A DNA stretch of 64,000 bases, taken from the NCBI GenBank assembly GCA_023247725.1, contig JAHFFW010000007.1:12243-76242 (forward strand). The letters are read 5' to 3'. A program made the position numbers and the translations under genes. Of this stretch, positions 42,609 through 51,200 are shown in pieces (the first letter of the stretch is position 1; each line of letters begins with the position of its first letter). This DNA is from Candidatus Omnitrophota bacterium (GTDB taxonomy: Bacteria > Omnitrophota > Gorgyraeia > Zapsychrales > JAHFFX01). Under the pieces are notes generated by a model. It saw only the letters and a list, made by a program, of their open reading frames with translations. It did no database searches and was not told the origin of the DNA.

Positions 42609-42798
42609 GTGATCGTCGTCCAGTTAAAGCCTTTAAGAAAGAAATTCATAGAAGACCGAAACAAAAACGAAAATCCTATTAGTTTTGCGGAGCAAAATAC
42701 TGACCAACGCATAAATAATGGTACTCGTCTTATTGTCACAAGTTGTTGCTTGCGTTGGTAGTACTGTTTCTGTAAATGTCGTATTATTTATACGGAAG

Positions 42799-43869
42799 TC
42801 AGTAATTTTTGGAAGAATCCAGAAATTCACTCATCTGAGGGGAACTTTTGAGTTTAGATATCTTGACATAGAAATCCTGAATCTTATCTTCAATCATGGC
42901 CTGGACCTGAGCCACGGCATTTTGGCGGCGAAGCATATTCTCTTGAACGACGCTCTGCAAATTATCAATATGGAACAACGTCACACGTTCAATTCCACCG
43001 ACCAGGGGATCAATATTTCTGGGCATGGAGATGTCGATTAAGATGAGCGCACGATTTTGGCGTAAGGCCATGATCTTTTCGATCATTTTCTTATCCAAGA
43101 TAAAATGCGGCGCATTGGCGGCGCACACGCAGATGTCCACTTCGCTCAGTGTCTCCTTGATGTCTTCAAAAGAAACCGGAATAGCCTGACAGGTTTCCGC
43201 CAGCGTCTGTGCCGCCGTACCGGTCCGGTTCATCAGATAAATATTCTTTGCCCCTTTATTCCGGATCTGCTTCAGGGTTAACTCTCCCATCTTTCCCGCG
43301 CCGATAATGAGCAATGACCTTCCGCTTAAAGTTCCCAATATTTGTTCTGCTTTTCTGATGGCAGCCCAACTGACGGAAGACCCGCCGCAGCTAATGTCGG
43401 TTTCGGTTTGGGCTTTTTTCCCCGTGCGGATCGCGACATTCGATAGAATATTGAAATATTTTCCCATCATGCTTTGAGCCCGGGCGCGATCGACCGCCAT
43501 CTTGACTTGACCAATGATCTGCTTTTCTCCCAAAACCAGCGAATCGAGCCCCGAGGTCACTCTGAACAAATGCCGGGTGGCTTCCCGATCTTCCAGATAA
43601 TAAAAATGCTGTTTTAATTCTTCTGCCAGCGGCATCTTTTTAATACGGGAAATCAACTGCAACAAATCTTCAAATAATTGGGAAGAATGCCAGGCGCGAA
43701 GATAAACCTCCGTACGGTTGCAGGTCGACAGCACCATGGCTTCACTGACATGAGGATAAGACTTGAGCTCACTTAGGAAGAGATCCTGCTGCAGCGGATT
43801 CAAAAACAATTGTTCTCTGATTTCGATGGACGCAGTTTTATGATTGATCCCAAAAATGAAGGTCTTCAT
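42799..43869 (-). CDS. hemA: Glutamyl-tRNA reductase (short C-terminus)
   Basis: GINHKTA, LSTCNRTE, SGLDSLVLGE.QI.GQVK, GAGKMG and DISMPRNID. Confidence 0.96.
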   Translation of the reverse strand: MKTFIFGINHKTASIEIREQLFLNPLQQDLFLSELKSYPHVSEAMVLSTCNRTEVYLRAWHSSQLFEDLLQLISRIKKMPLAEELKQHFYYLEDREATRHLFRVTSGLDSLVLGEKQIIGQVKMAVDRARAQSMMGKYFNILSNVAIRTGKKAQTETDISCGGSSVSWAAIRKAEQILGTLSGRSLLIIGAGKMGELTLKQIRNKGAKNIYLMNRTGTAAQTLAETCQAIPVSFEDIKETLSEVDICVCAANAPHFILDKKMIEKIMALRQNRALILIDISMPRNIDPLVGGIERVTLFHIDNLQSVVQENMLRRQNAVAQVQAMIEDKIQDFYVKISKLKSSPQMSEFLDSSKNY

Positions 43870-44024
43870 GTCTTCGATCATTTCAATATTGTCGTGGTTA
43901 ATGCCTGAAGTATAACAAAAGCTTGCTGGAGAATCAATCATCCCCAAAAATAATTGTGGGGTCGGGGAGTATTGTGACCCCGATGATAAAAACTCTCCGT
44001 GGGGTCATTGAGTTACCAAAGGCG

Positions 44025-44092
44025 ATCCGGTCATCCGTCGATCCGGAAATGGAAATCCGGATACCCGGATATCCGGGTCGTCATTGCCGGAT
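44025..44092. repeat. 8-nt periodic ATCCGG repeats with a 16-bp palindrome
   Basis: atccg(g) at 44025, 44033, 44041, 44055 and 44071; acccggat|atccgggt at 44063-44078. Confidence 0.65.
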
Positions 44093-44118
44093 AACCTGTC
44101 ATTTCTTTTCAGCCATCT

Positions 44119-44373
44119 TCACCCCCCCGCCACCGGCGGAATAAATGCCACGTCGTCTCCGGAATGCAAAGGCTCATTCCAATTCCCGAATTGATTGTTG
44201 ATCGCTACTTTCAAATGACTTTGCTCCAATGGGAAGCCGTGCTTCTCTTTCAATTCCTTAAATAGCTGAGCCGGCGTCGGGGCGCTGGTGTGAATGGTTT
44301 CCCGCTCAAGTCCGCGCCTTTCCCTTAATTGCGCGAAGTAGTGAATATGGATGGTTTTTGTGGATGGAGGCAT
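44119..44373 (-). CDS. moaD: Molybdopterin synthase sulfur carrier
   Basis: YFAQLRE and C-terminal VAFIPPVAGG. Confidence 0.93.
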   Translation of the reverse strand: MPPSTKTIHIHYFAQLRERRGLERETIHTSAPTPAQLFKELKEKHGFPLEQSHLKVAINNQFGNWNEPLHSGDDVAFIPPVAGG

Positions 44374-44374
44374 C

Positions 44375-45007
44375 TTAAGCGTGGTGAGCGTTCATCGAGC
44401 CTTGCTTTAACTGCCTGACCGCTTTTTGATATTCCCGTGGATCATTGATGTTATCCAAACTCCCTTCCCGGTCTTGCCGAATCAATTCGACCGGAGAATT
44501 CATCATGATTTTTCGAGGGCAGAGAATCCCTTCGACAAAAAAACGGTTTAGTCGCGTTCGGTAGTTCGGCTCATAAATAGCGCATAATGGTTCCGGGCAT
44601 CCATCGTGAGTGCTCACATAGGCGGTCGCCAATTTGCGGCGATTGCGGGACTGAATCAATTTTTCCATAACCCTTTGGTCAACAAAAGGCAAATCGCAGG
44701 CCAAGATGAGCCAGCCCGCCTTGGGAAATTTATTCATGGCCGTCAGGATTCCGGCGAGAGGCCCGGCCTCGCGGAATTTCGCCGCATCATGGATCTGGGG
44801 AAACTCTTTATGATCCGCCAACCTTGCTTGTTCCTTGCGGTTGGAAACAAAAATCTTTTGGCAAAATGGCCACAACAAATCAAAACAATACGCCACCTGG
44901 CTTTTGCCGTGATAACGCAGAAGCGATTTGTCCTTTTTCATTCGCGCGCTTTTGCCGCCGGAAAGGACTAAGCCGTAAAGTGGTTTCTGCATTTTTGTGT
45001 GAGCCAT
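44375..45007 (-). CDS. mobA: Molybdenum cofactor guanylyltransferase (MobA-like NTP transferase)
   Basis: LSGGKSARMKKDK, GPLAGI, LACDLP, EPLCAIY and NIND. Confidence 0.9.
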   Translation of the reverse strand: MAHTKMQKPLYGLVLSGGKSARMKKDKSLLRYHGKSQVAYCFDLLWPFCQKIFVSNRKEQARLADHKEFPQIHDAAKFREAGPLAGILTAMNKFPKAGWLILACDLPFVDQRVMEKLIQSRNRRKLATAYVSTHDGCPEPLCAIYEPNYRTRLNRFFVEGILCPRKIMMNSPVELIRQDREGSLDNINDPREYQKAVRQLKQGSMNAHHA

Positions 45008-45023
45008 TTGTCTACCTAGAACT

Positions 45024-46217
45024 TCACCAAGAATAAAACGCCACTCTTGTTCCTCGTTCCAGCCTTCGCCTTCCCGGATTTATTTGCACAAAGCCATCAC
45101 TTGAGGCCAACGCGGCAAAATCCCCTGATCCACCATACTCAACCGGCTCCACTGATTCCTCGTCATTCCCTTTTTTCTTTTTTACCGGAACAAACAGGGT
45201 CAAATCTGATGATGGTTGAGGCGTTCGGGCCAGGGGCAGCATTTCCGGGCTAAATTTTTTTCCCATCCTGGCAAGAAGCGCAGGAATCACATAACGATAC
45301 GTACACACGAGCGTGGACACCGGATTCCCCGGAAGCGCGAAAACCATTTTTCCTGCTTTATTTTTTCCAAACCAGAATGGTTTTCCGGGTCTTTGCCGCA
45401 CTTTATGAAAAATGACCTCAACCCCCAGCTCTTTTAGGACAGCCGGGACAAAATCAAATTTGCCCATGGACACGCCGCCACTTAAGACCAGCACATCGAA
45501 GCCCTTTAAAATCCCGCCCAGCTTTTTCCGTAGCAAGGCTTGATCATCCCGACAATGAAATATTTGAGAGTCATGAAAATGAAATTGCCTTAAAGCGGCC
45601 TGAACCGCATAAGAATTGGAGGTCCTCACCTGATAGTCATGAACCGGACGACCAAGATCGACCAGCTCATCGCCCGTGGAGACCACCGCAATCCGCGGTT
45701 GGTGATTCACCTTGATTCTATCTTTGCCAACAGAGGCAGCGATGGAAATCTGGGCCGGCCCCAAAACCGCGCCCGAGGATAAAAGGAGATTCCCTTTGCG
45801 TTCGTCGGCTCCGCGCCAACGGACAAATTGAAAAGATTGCAACTCCAAATCATCCGGGAATCGAATCTTTTGACCTTCCTGGTGAACTTGTTCAACCGGG
45901 ACGATGCAATCACATCCGGCCGGAAGCGCACCTCCCGTCATGATTTCGAAACAAAATTTTTGGCTTCTGAGCCGGTCCGGAGGTTGACCAGCGGGCTGAA
46001 TTCCTTGAACGATGAATTCGCGCTGACCGTGTGCATAGCTTTTTAATGCGATCGCGATCCCATCGACTAACGATTTGTGAAATGGCGGCAGATCGCGATC
46101 GGCCCGAATGTCTTCGCGCAAAACCGAATTCAAACATTGCCTCAAGGGCCGTTTGTCATCGGGGAAGGGCCGGCAATGCCGGGCAATCAGCCTTTGTGCT
46201 TCTAATACGGTGATCAT
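45024..46217 (-). CDS. moeA: Molybdopterin molybdotransferase
   Basis: DLPPF..S.VDG, IMTG, STGDEL, SGGVSMGKFD and LPGNPVS; ATGA overlap with the ccsA stop. Confidence 0.95.
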   Translation of the reverse strand: MITVLEAQRLIARHCRPFPDDKRPLRQCLNSVLREDIRADRDLPPFHKSLVDGIAIALKSYAHGQREFIVQGIQPAGQPPDRLRSQKFCFEIMTGGALPAGCDCIVPVEQVHQEGQKIRFPDDLELQSFQFVRWRGADERKGNLLLSSGAVLGPAQISIAASVGKDRIKVNHQPRIAVVSTGDELVDLGRPVHDYQVRTSNSYAVQAALRQFHFHDSQIFHCRDDQALLRKKLGGILKGFDVLVLSGGVSMGKFDFVPAVLKELGVEVIFHKVRQRPGKPFWFGKNKAGKMVFALPGNPVSTLVCTYRYVIPALLARMGKKFSPEMLPLARTPQPSSDLTLFVPVKKKKGNDEESVEPVEYGGSGDFAALASSDGFVQINPGRRRLERGTRVAFYSW

Positions 46218-48127
46218 GAGGAATAATGCTTGAGATTTTTTCTCGCCATGGGCACACAAATCACCAAGAACGCGATTTGACAAACAACGTAAAGGATCAG
46301 TGTGCCGGCGACACCGGCGGTAAAACCATAGGAATGCAAACCCACGTTTAAAAGATTGACCCCGAACCAGGCCCACATGACGACGATGATCCCAATGACC
46401 GTGCCCACGGCCATTTCCAAAGGGCCGATCATCTCTCCGACCCTGGCATGAAAAAGGATCGTGCACCACAGGACAATCAAAAGCGCTCCATTTTCTTTTG
46501 GATCCCATCCCCAAAAGCGTCCCCAGGATTGATCAGCCCAGATCCCTCCAAGGTTGGTTCCCAAAAACGTCATCGTTAAACCAAATCCCAGGACACCTAA
46601 GATATGGCGGTAGGTGTCCTCCAGAACCTGAGGACCCTTTTTGCTCATGGCTTGCAAGATGTAAACGTGACCAAGAATGCCAGCGACACAAACCCCCCCA
46701 TAACCCGTCGTGATACTCAGGACATGCGTGCTCAACCAAAAATTGGAATTTAAAACAGCAACCAGCATCCTTAACGTATCGCCTTCGGCGGCGTATTTCC
46801 CGGCGATGGTTAAAAAAATAAAGCCGCTGACGCTGGCCACAACCACTCCCAAACCTTTTTTGTGAATCCGCTCAAGAATCAATCCCAACAGGCACGTCAC
46901 GAATCCCACAAAAATAAATGTTTCATATAAACTGCTGACCGGAGGACGGTTCAAAATGATCACCCGGAGAAACAAACCAATCGCATGAGGAATAAAACCA
47001 ACGACGGTCAAAACGAGCCCAAGTTTTTCTAATCGGCCCCGGGGAAAAAGCAAAGAGAACAACAATGAAAAAAAGGCCAATAAATAAAAAATCTTAGCGG
47101 CCAGGAACAGATTCCAACGGTTGTAAAGGACCTCCAAAGAAAGTCCATCCAGTTTGCGCGCCAGTTTACCATCGCTTCTCGATAAAATAGAATCGGCAAA
47201 GGCCCGAGCCGACAAATCGAAATCCACCTGCCGCCCCGCATAATAGGCCTTGACCATATCGGATAAATCGATAACCTCATTGCGTCCCTTTTCTTGTTGA
47301 AAATTTTCAATGATGGCTTCCCAGGGACTCAACCATTCTTCGCTGGCGGTATCCATGGCCGGAACGATAGCCAAAGGAATTCCCTGATAGAATTGTGACC
47401 ATTGATAAAGATTACTTAACAGCTGCATCACAATGCGTTGTTGCTTCGTCCATTCATTCTGATCTTTTTGCTCGAGGTCTTGGGTCGCCGTCTGGATCAA
47501 ATTAGCCCTCATGGCAATATCCAGAAAAGAGAATTGATTTTGGTCAGCAGGCAATTCCAGCAATTCTTTCACTCTGGCATCGTTGATGCCAAAATCCGGA
47601 TGAGGAAAGACAAAATCAAAAGACCGGGCTAATCCGATAAATAATCGCACGTTGTTATCCAGGCGCAGAATCTCCTGCTCGACAATCGTGCGAGATTTTG
47701 AATCAATGGCGTTGGCTTTAACCGCCAATTCTTGAAGTTTAGCCAGGCCGGGTTCGATTTGCTCAAAGCTATAGCGCCGGTGCGGTTCCGGCTCCATATT
47801 GAGAGCACCGGGAATATCAGGATGATTGATTAAGAAAATTTTATCCGAAAGCACGGTTTCGGGGGCAAAAAGGAATCGGGCGAACCATCGAATCGCGGGT
47901 TTCCGGTTAACGGTGGTGTCACCGGAAAATTGCAACAAAAGATTACTGGCAAAGGTGTCGAGGGGTTTGACTCTACCCTCATGCAAAATAGCCAAATGGG
48001 AAAACACCGAAAGATTGGCCACCTCTTTCGGTTTTGTTTTGGTGGTCAGGGGGCAAAACTGTTGCGTAAGGGTGCTTGCCGCAAAAAAAACCCAGATGAA
48101 TGCTGTAAGAAAAAATTTTTTAGCCAT
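46214..48127 (-). CDS. ccsA: Cytochrome c biogenesis protein CcsA/ResC (System II) with a large periplasmic N-terminal domain
   Basis: GR.KPLDT, RPPVSSLYET, WLSTHV, WWD-domain motif GGIWADQSWGRFWGWDPKE and GLHSY. Confidence 0.93.
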   Translation of the reverse strand: MAKKFFLTAFIWVFFAASTLTQQFCPLTTKTKPKEVANLSVFSHLAILHEGRVKPLDTFASNLLLQFSGDTTVNRKPAIRWFARFLFAPETVLSDKIFLINHPDIPGALNMEPEPHRRYSFEQIEPGLAKLQELAVKANAIDSKSRTIVEQEILRLDNNVRLFIGLARSFDFVFPHPDFGINDARVKELLELPADQNQFSFLDIAMRANLIQTATQDLEQKDQNEWTKQQRIVMQLLSNLYQWSQFYQGIPLAIVPAMDTASEEWLSPWEAIIENFQQEKGRNEVIDLSDMVKAYYAGRQVDFDLSARAFADSILSRSDGKLARKLDGLSLEVLYNRWNLFLAAKIFYLLAFFSLLFSLLFPRGRLEKLGLVLTVVGFIPHAIGLFLRVIILNRPPVSSLYETFIFVGFVTCLLGLILERIHKKGLGVVVASVSGFIFLTIAGKYAAEGDTLRMLVAVLNSNFWLSTHVLSITTGYGGVCVAGILGHVYILQAMSKKGPQVLEDTYRHILGVLGFGLTMTFLGTNLGGIWADQSWGRFWGWDPKENGALLIVLWCTILFHARVGEMIGPLEMAVGTVIGIIVVMWAWFGVNLLNVGLHSYGFTAGVAGTLILYVVCQIAFLVICVPMARKNLKHYSS

Positions 48128-49265
48128 TGGATATCATTTCCCCTTGAGTTTTGATTAACCCGCTTATCCCAAAATGGATAACCAGGCCCGCAAACGTAAG
48201 GAGACTCGAGATATAAGGAAGCAAACGGCCGGCATTCCTAACGACGGCGAACGTGGAATATTCCTGGCCTTGCGGATCGATCGAATACGAGGCTTGATAA
48301 AAAGTATAATTTTTAAAGCGGAACGGTTTATTCATGGAAATAAGAACATCACGGCTGAGATTATTTGCTTGTACAGAAACTTTGCTTTCATAACTTCTGG
48401 CAATATCCGTTTGCGGATGCCGTTCCATCAGAAAATCCACGAGCTTCATCTGGACCGGCAAGGGATAACGACGGTGACGTAATAGAAAATAATAGGTTTT
48501 CCCGCCCGGGTTGAGTGGCGTGGGTTCTTCTTCCGCTCCAAACAACAGCAGACGCAGCTTTTGCCCCTCTTTCGTCTCGATTTGAAAGATTCCGCCCGGA
48601 ATATTCTTCTCTATGTCTTTCTGAGATTCGAGAGGTTTAAGCCACTCAATGCCCGAGATATTGAACGGTATATCTTTCTTTTCTATTGCGTCCGTATAAC
48701 CCTGAGCATTGGCAAAATAGGCTTCCACGGTTACGGTAAACCCTTGATCGGAAAAATCCAAGACCTTTCCCGGGGAAAAATCGTCGGTATTGTAAGCCAT
48801 AATTTTTTTATCCCCCGACTTTTCCTTCCAGACCGATAATTCCCATTGCCGGTAATCAGCCGAGGTATCCGAAGATTGGCCTTCTTTGAGGGTCAGCTGG
48901 GATTCTTCTACACCATGAAGGGTCACATAGGCGGCGACAAAATACGTCAAGAGGCCGAAATGAACGACAAGGATTCCTAAATTCTGCCAGCGGTAAATAA
49001 ATCGGGTGATGGCCATGCTCACCAGATTAAAAAACAAAATCCATAAAACCAGTTGGGCACCGGGAAAAGGGAAAAATCCCAAGGCTAAAAAAAAGAAGGA
49101 ATGGAAAAACCGTTCCTGAGTGACATAAAGTCCCTGATGAATTTGAGCGACGGTGCCCCAAAAGGTGAGGATGAGCAAGAGCAGCAGGCAGACAACCGTC
49201 AGCTGCAACGAAGATAAAACTTTAAAAAACCAAATACCGGCTAAACGTTGCCGCCAAGGACTCAT
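48120..49265 (-). CDS. resB: Cytochrome c biogenesis protein ResB/Ccs1-like
   Basis: LSSLQLTV, WGT..Q, HFG, ISMNKP...FYQASY; overlaps ccsA. Confidence 0.85.
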   Translation of the reverse strand: MSPWRQRLAGIWFFKVLSSLQLTVVCLLLLLILTFWGTVAQIHQGLYVTQERFFHSFFFLALGFFPFPGAQLVLWILFFNLVSMAITRFIYRWQNLGILVVHFGLLTYFVAAYVTLHGVEESQLTLKEGQSSDTSADYRQWELSVWKEKSGDKKIMAYNTDDFSPGKVLDFSDQGFTVTVEAYFANAQGYTDAIEKKDIPFNISGIEWLKPLESQKDIEKNIPGGIFQIETKEGQKLRLLLFGAEEEPTPLNPGGKTYYFLLRHRRYPLPVQMKLVDFLMERHPQTDIARSYESKVSVQANNLSRDVLISMNKPFRFKNYTFYQASYSIDPQGQEYSTFAVVRNAGRLLPYISSLLTFAGLVIHFGISGLIKTQGEMISNG

Positions 49266-50032
49266 GGATTTTTCACTTGCAGGGATTCGCACAACATTTT
49301 GAATTGATCGCGATTTTTTTGAATGCTCTCATAGGGTCCGCTCATTTTGACAAAGAGCGTCCGGCTGGGCGTCTGCACAATCGCGGCGAGGATGCTCGGG
49401 GTCGATGAATCAGGGGAATTTTGCAGGCCGGAGAGATCGACGACCTGGATCGGCGTGCCATCCTTTGTCTTAAATTTCTGCTGGCCACCGAGGAAGGACT
49501 GGATCTTCGCCTCATCCATGGGAGGAAGCTCAATCTGACCCAGCCAACGATTGATGTTCGCTGAAAATCCGCCAGCGTTCCCGCTCAAACTGATGATCGA
49601 AATATCCAGGCCAGGATCATCCGAGCGCCCGAATGCCGCCAACCGCATGTCGCCGGCACTTTTTTCTTGCCACGAATCCGGAGTCCGCCATTGCAAAGGC
49701 AAATTCGCTTTGGAAGCGAGGATCTGCGGCGTTAGTTCTCCCATGGGGGGAGCTTCGGTGGACGAATGAGGAAGTCCCCTTATCATCGCATGCGGATCTT
49801 CCCCTTTGGCCTGCATTTCCTTTAATTTCTGGTAGGCATCCTCGGTAATGTCAGCCTTGGAAAAATTTGGCGGAATCTCCGGGGAAGGCGCAGGCATGGA
49901 TGGTAATTCCAGCTCGTCGGCAGATTCATGCTCGAGATAGGTGCGGCGCTCTGATCTGGCCTGGCAACCGACAACGAACGCAAGCGCTGACACCATTAAA
50001 CAAATAACGATAAGACGATGGGACATGGGCAT
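49262..50032 (-). CDS. Hypothetical lipoprotein coupled to resB
   Basis: Lipobox-like VVGC, DPHAM, W..P..W...MRLAAF, NINRWLGQ and FVKMSGP; ATGA overlap with resB. Confidence 0.8.
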   Translation of the reverse strand: MPMSHRLIVICLMVSALAFVVGCQARSERRTYLEHESADELELPSMPAPSPEIPPNFSKADITEDAYQKLKEMQAKGEDPHAMIRGLPHSSTEAPPMGELTPQILASKANLPLQWRTPDSWQEKSAGDMRLAAFGRSDDPGLDISIISLSGNAGGFSANINRWLGQIELPPMDEAKIQSFLGGQQKFKTKDGTPIQVVDLSGLQNSPDSSTPSILAAIVQTPSRTLFVKMSGPYESIQKNRDQFKMLCESLQVKNP

Positions 50033-50107
50033 TCGCTAAAAGTTTTTCGCCATCATAACAGATAGGCTAGGCAGATTCAACGGAAATCCCGACCAGTGAT
50101 GCGGATC

Positions 50108-50130
50108 CCTCTCACCCCCGGGGTGAGAGG
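50108..50130. repeat. Perfect 10-bp hairpin in a divergent spacer
   Basis: cctctcaccc-ccg-gggtgagagg. Confidence 0.7.
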
Positions 50131-50207
50131 TGGCCATTCCGGTCCGTGGTATCGCAAAAGAAATAAAAATTCATTTTTCCCTTCCGCGGAAATAAACTAT
50201 ACTACAG

Positions 50208-51200
50208 TTGAATATTATTCCTTCCCTAAAACACGTTGAAAATCTTAAGGAGTCATCCTTGATCTGTGCCAAATCCCTGCGGGTTGACTACGATGAGGTG
50301 ACCGCCGTTTATGATCTGGATTTGACCATCCCCAAAGGCCAGATCTACGGCCTGGTCGGACCGAACGGCGCCGGAAAAACCTCGACGATCAAAGCCCTGG
50401 CGGGAATCCTCGATCCCACTTATGGTGAAATCAAGATCAATGGAATCGATCTAGACTTACACCCACAAGAAGCGCTGCTCCATCTGGGATATATGCCGGA
50501 TTTTCCTCCGGTCTATGAAAATCTCAAAGTCTGGGAATACCTCGATGTCTTTGCCACGGCTTACCGCATCCCGCGGTCAAAACGTTTGACGCGAATACGC
50601 CATTGGATTGAAAAGGTTGATCTGACTTCTAAGTATGATGCCTTCATCCATACCCTTTCCCGTGGGATGCGGCAGCGTTTAGTCTTGGCCAAAACTTTAT
50701 TGCATGAACCATCGGTGCTCTTGCTCGATGAACCCGCGAGCGGCATGGATCCCATGGCCCGTATGGATTTGCGCAAGGCCCTTAAGGAAATTGCTCTTCA
50801 GGGAACAACGATCCTCATCTCCAGCCACATCCTGACAGAACTCAGTGATTTCTGCACGGCCGTGGGGATCATGGAAAAAGGCAGGATGGTTGTTTCCGGG
50901 ACCATTGAAGAAATCCGGGCCAGGGTCGGGAGCAAAGGCCGTTTAAAAATCCGGCTGGTGACGCTCGACGAAAAAATCCGCGACCGTCTGCGTGAGGAGC
51001 TAAAGAATCACGAATATGTTTTTGACCTCATGGAAAAATCCATGGGGGAATTCACGGCCTATTTTACCGGAAATCCGAATCAGGCCGCGACGTTACTGAA
51101 AGTTCTCGTTGAACGTGGTTTTCCGCTGGCGGATTTTCATTTGGAAGAAGAAAATGTGGAAGATATCTTTTTCAAGATCGGTGCCAGGGAGGTCTCTTGA
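50208..51200 (+). CDS. ABC transporter ATP-binding protein (ABC-2/DrrA type)
   Basis: GPNGAGKT, LSRGMRQR, LLLDEP and SSHIL; start uncertain. Confidence 0.95.
   Translation: MNIIPSLKHVENLKESSLICAKSLRVDYDEVTAVYDLDLTIPKGQIYGLVGPNGAGKTSTIKALAGILDPTYGEIKINGIDLDLHPQEALLHLGYMPDFPPVYENLKVWEYLDVFATAYRIPRSKRLTRIRHWIEKVDLTSKYDAFIHTLSRGMRQRLVLAKTLLHEPSVLLLDEPASGMDPMARMDLRKALKEIALQGTTILISSHILTELSDFCTAVGIMEKGRMVVSGTIEEIRARVGSKGRLKIRLVTLDEKIRDRLREELKNHEYVFDLMEKSMGEFTAYFTGNPNQAATLLKVLVERGFPLADFHLEEENVEDIFFKIGAREVS

Noticed and set aside
42431-42830. Small ORFs 42431-42739 and 42633-42830 in the hemA-hemH spacer
   Set aside because: The first crosses a strong terminator; the second overlaps hemA and lacks an RBS or recognisable motif. 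Treated as non-coding, with uncertainty.
46218-46514. N-terminal extension of MoeA in the ORF track
   Set aside because: It lies inside ccsA; the real start is the ATGA overlap at 46217. Similar upstream extensions of atpB, ctaB, subunit IV, acnA and korB were also trimmed.
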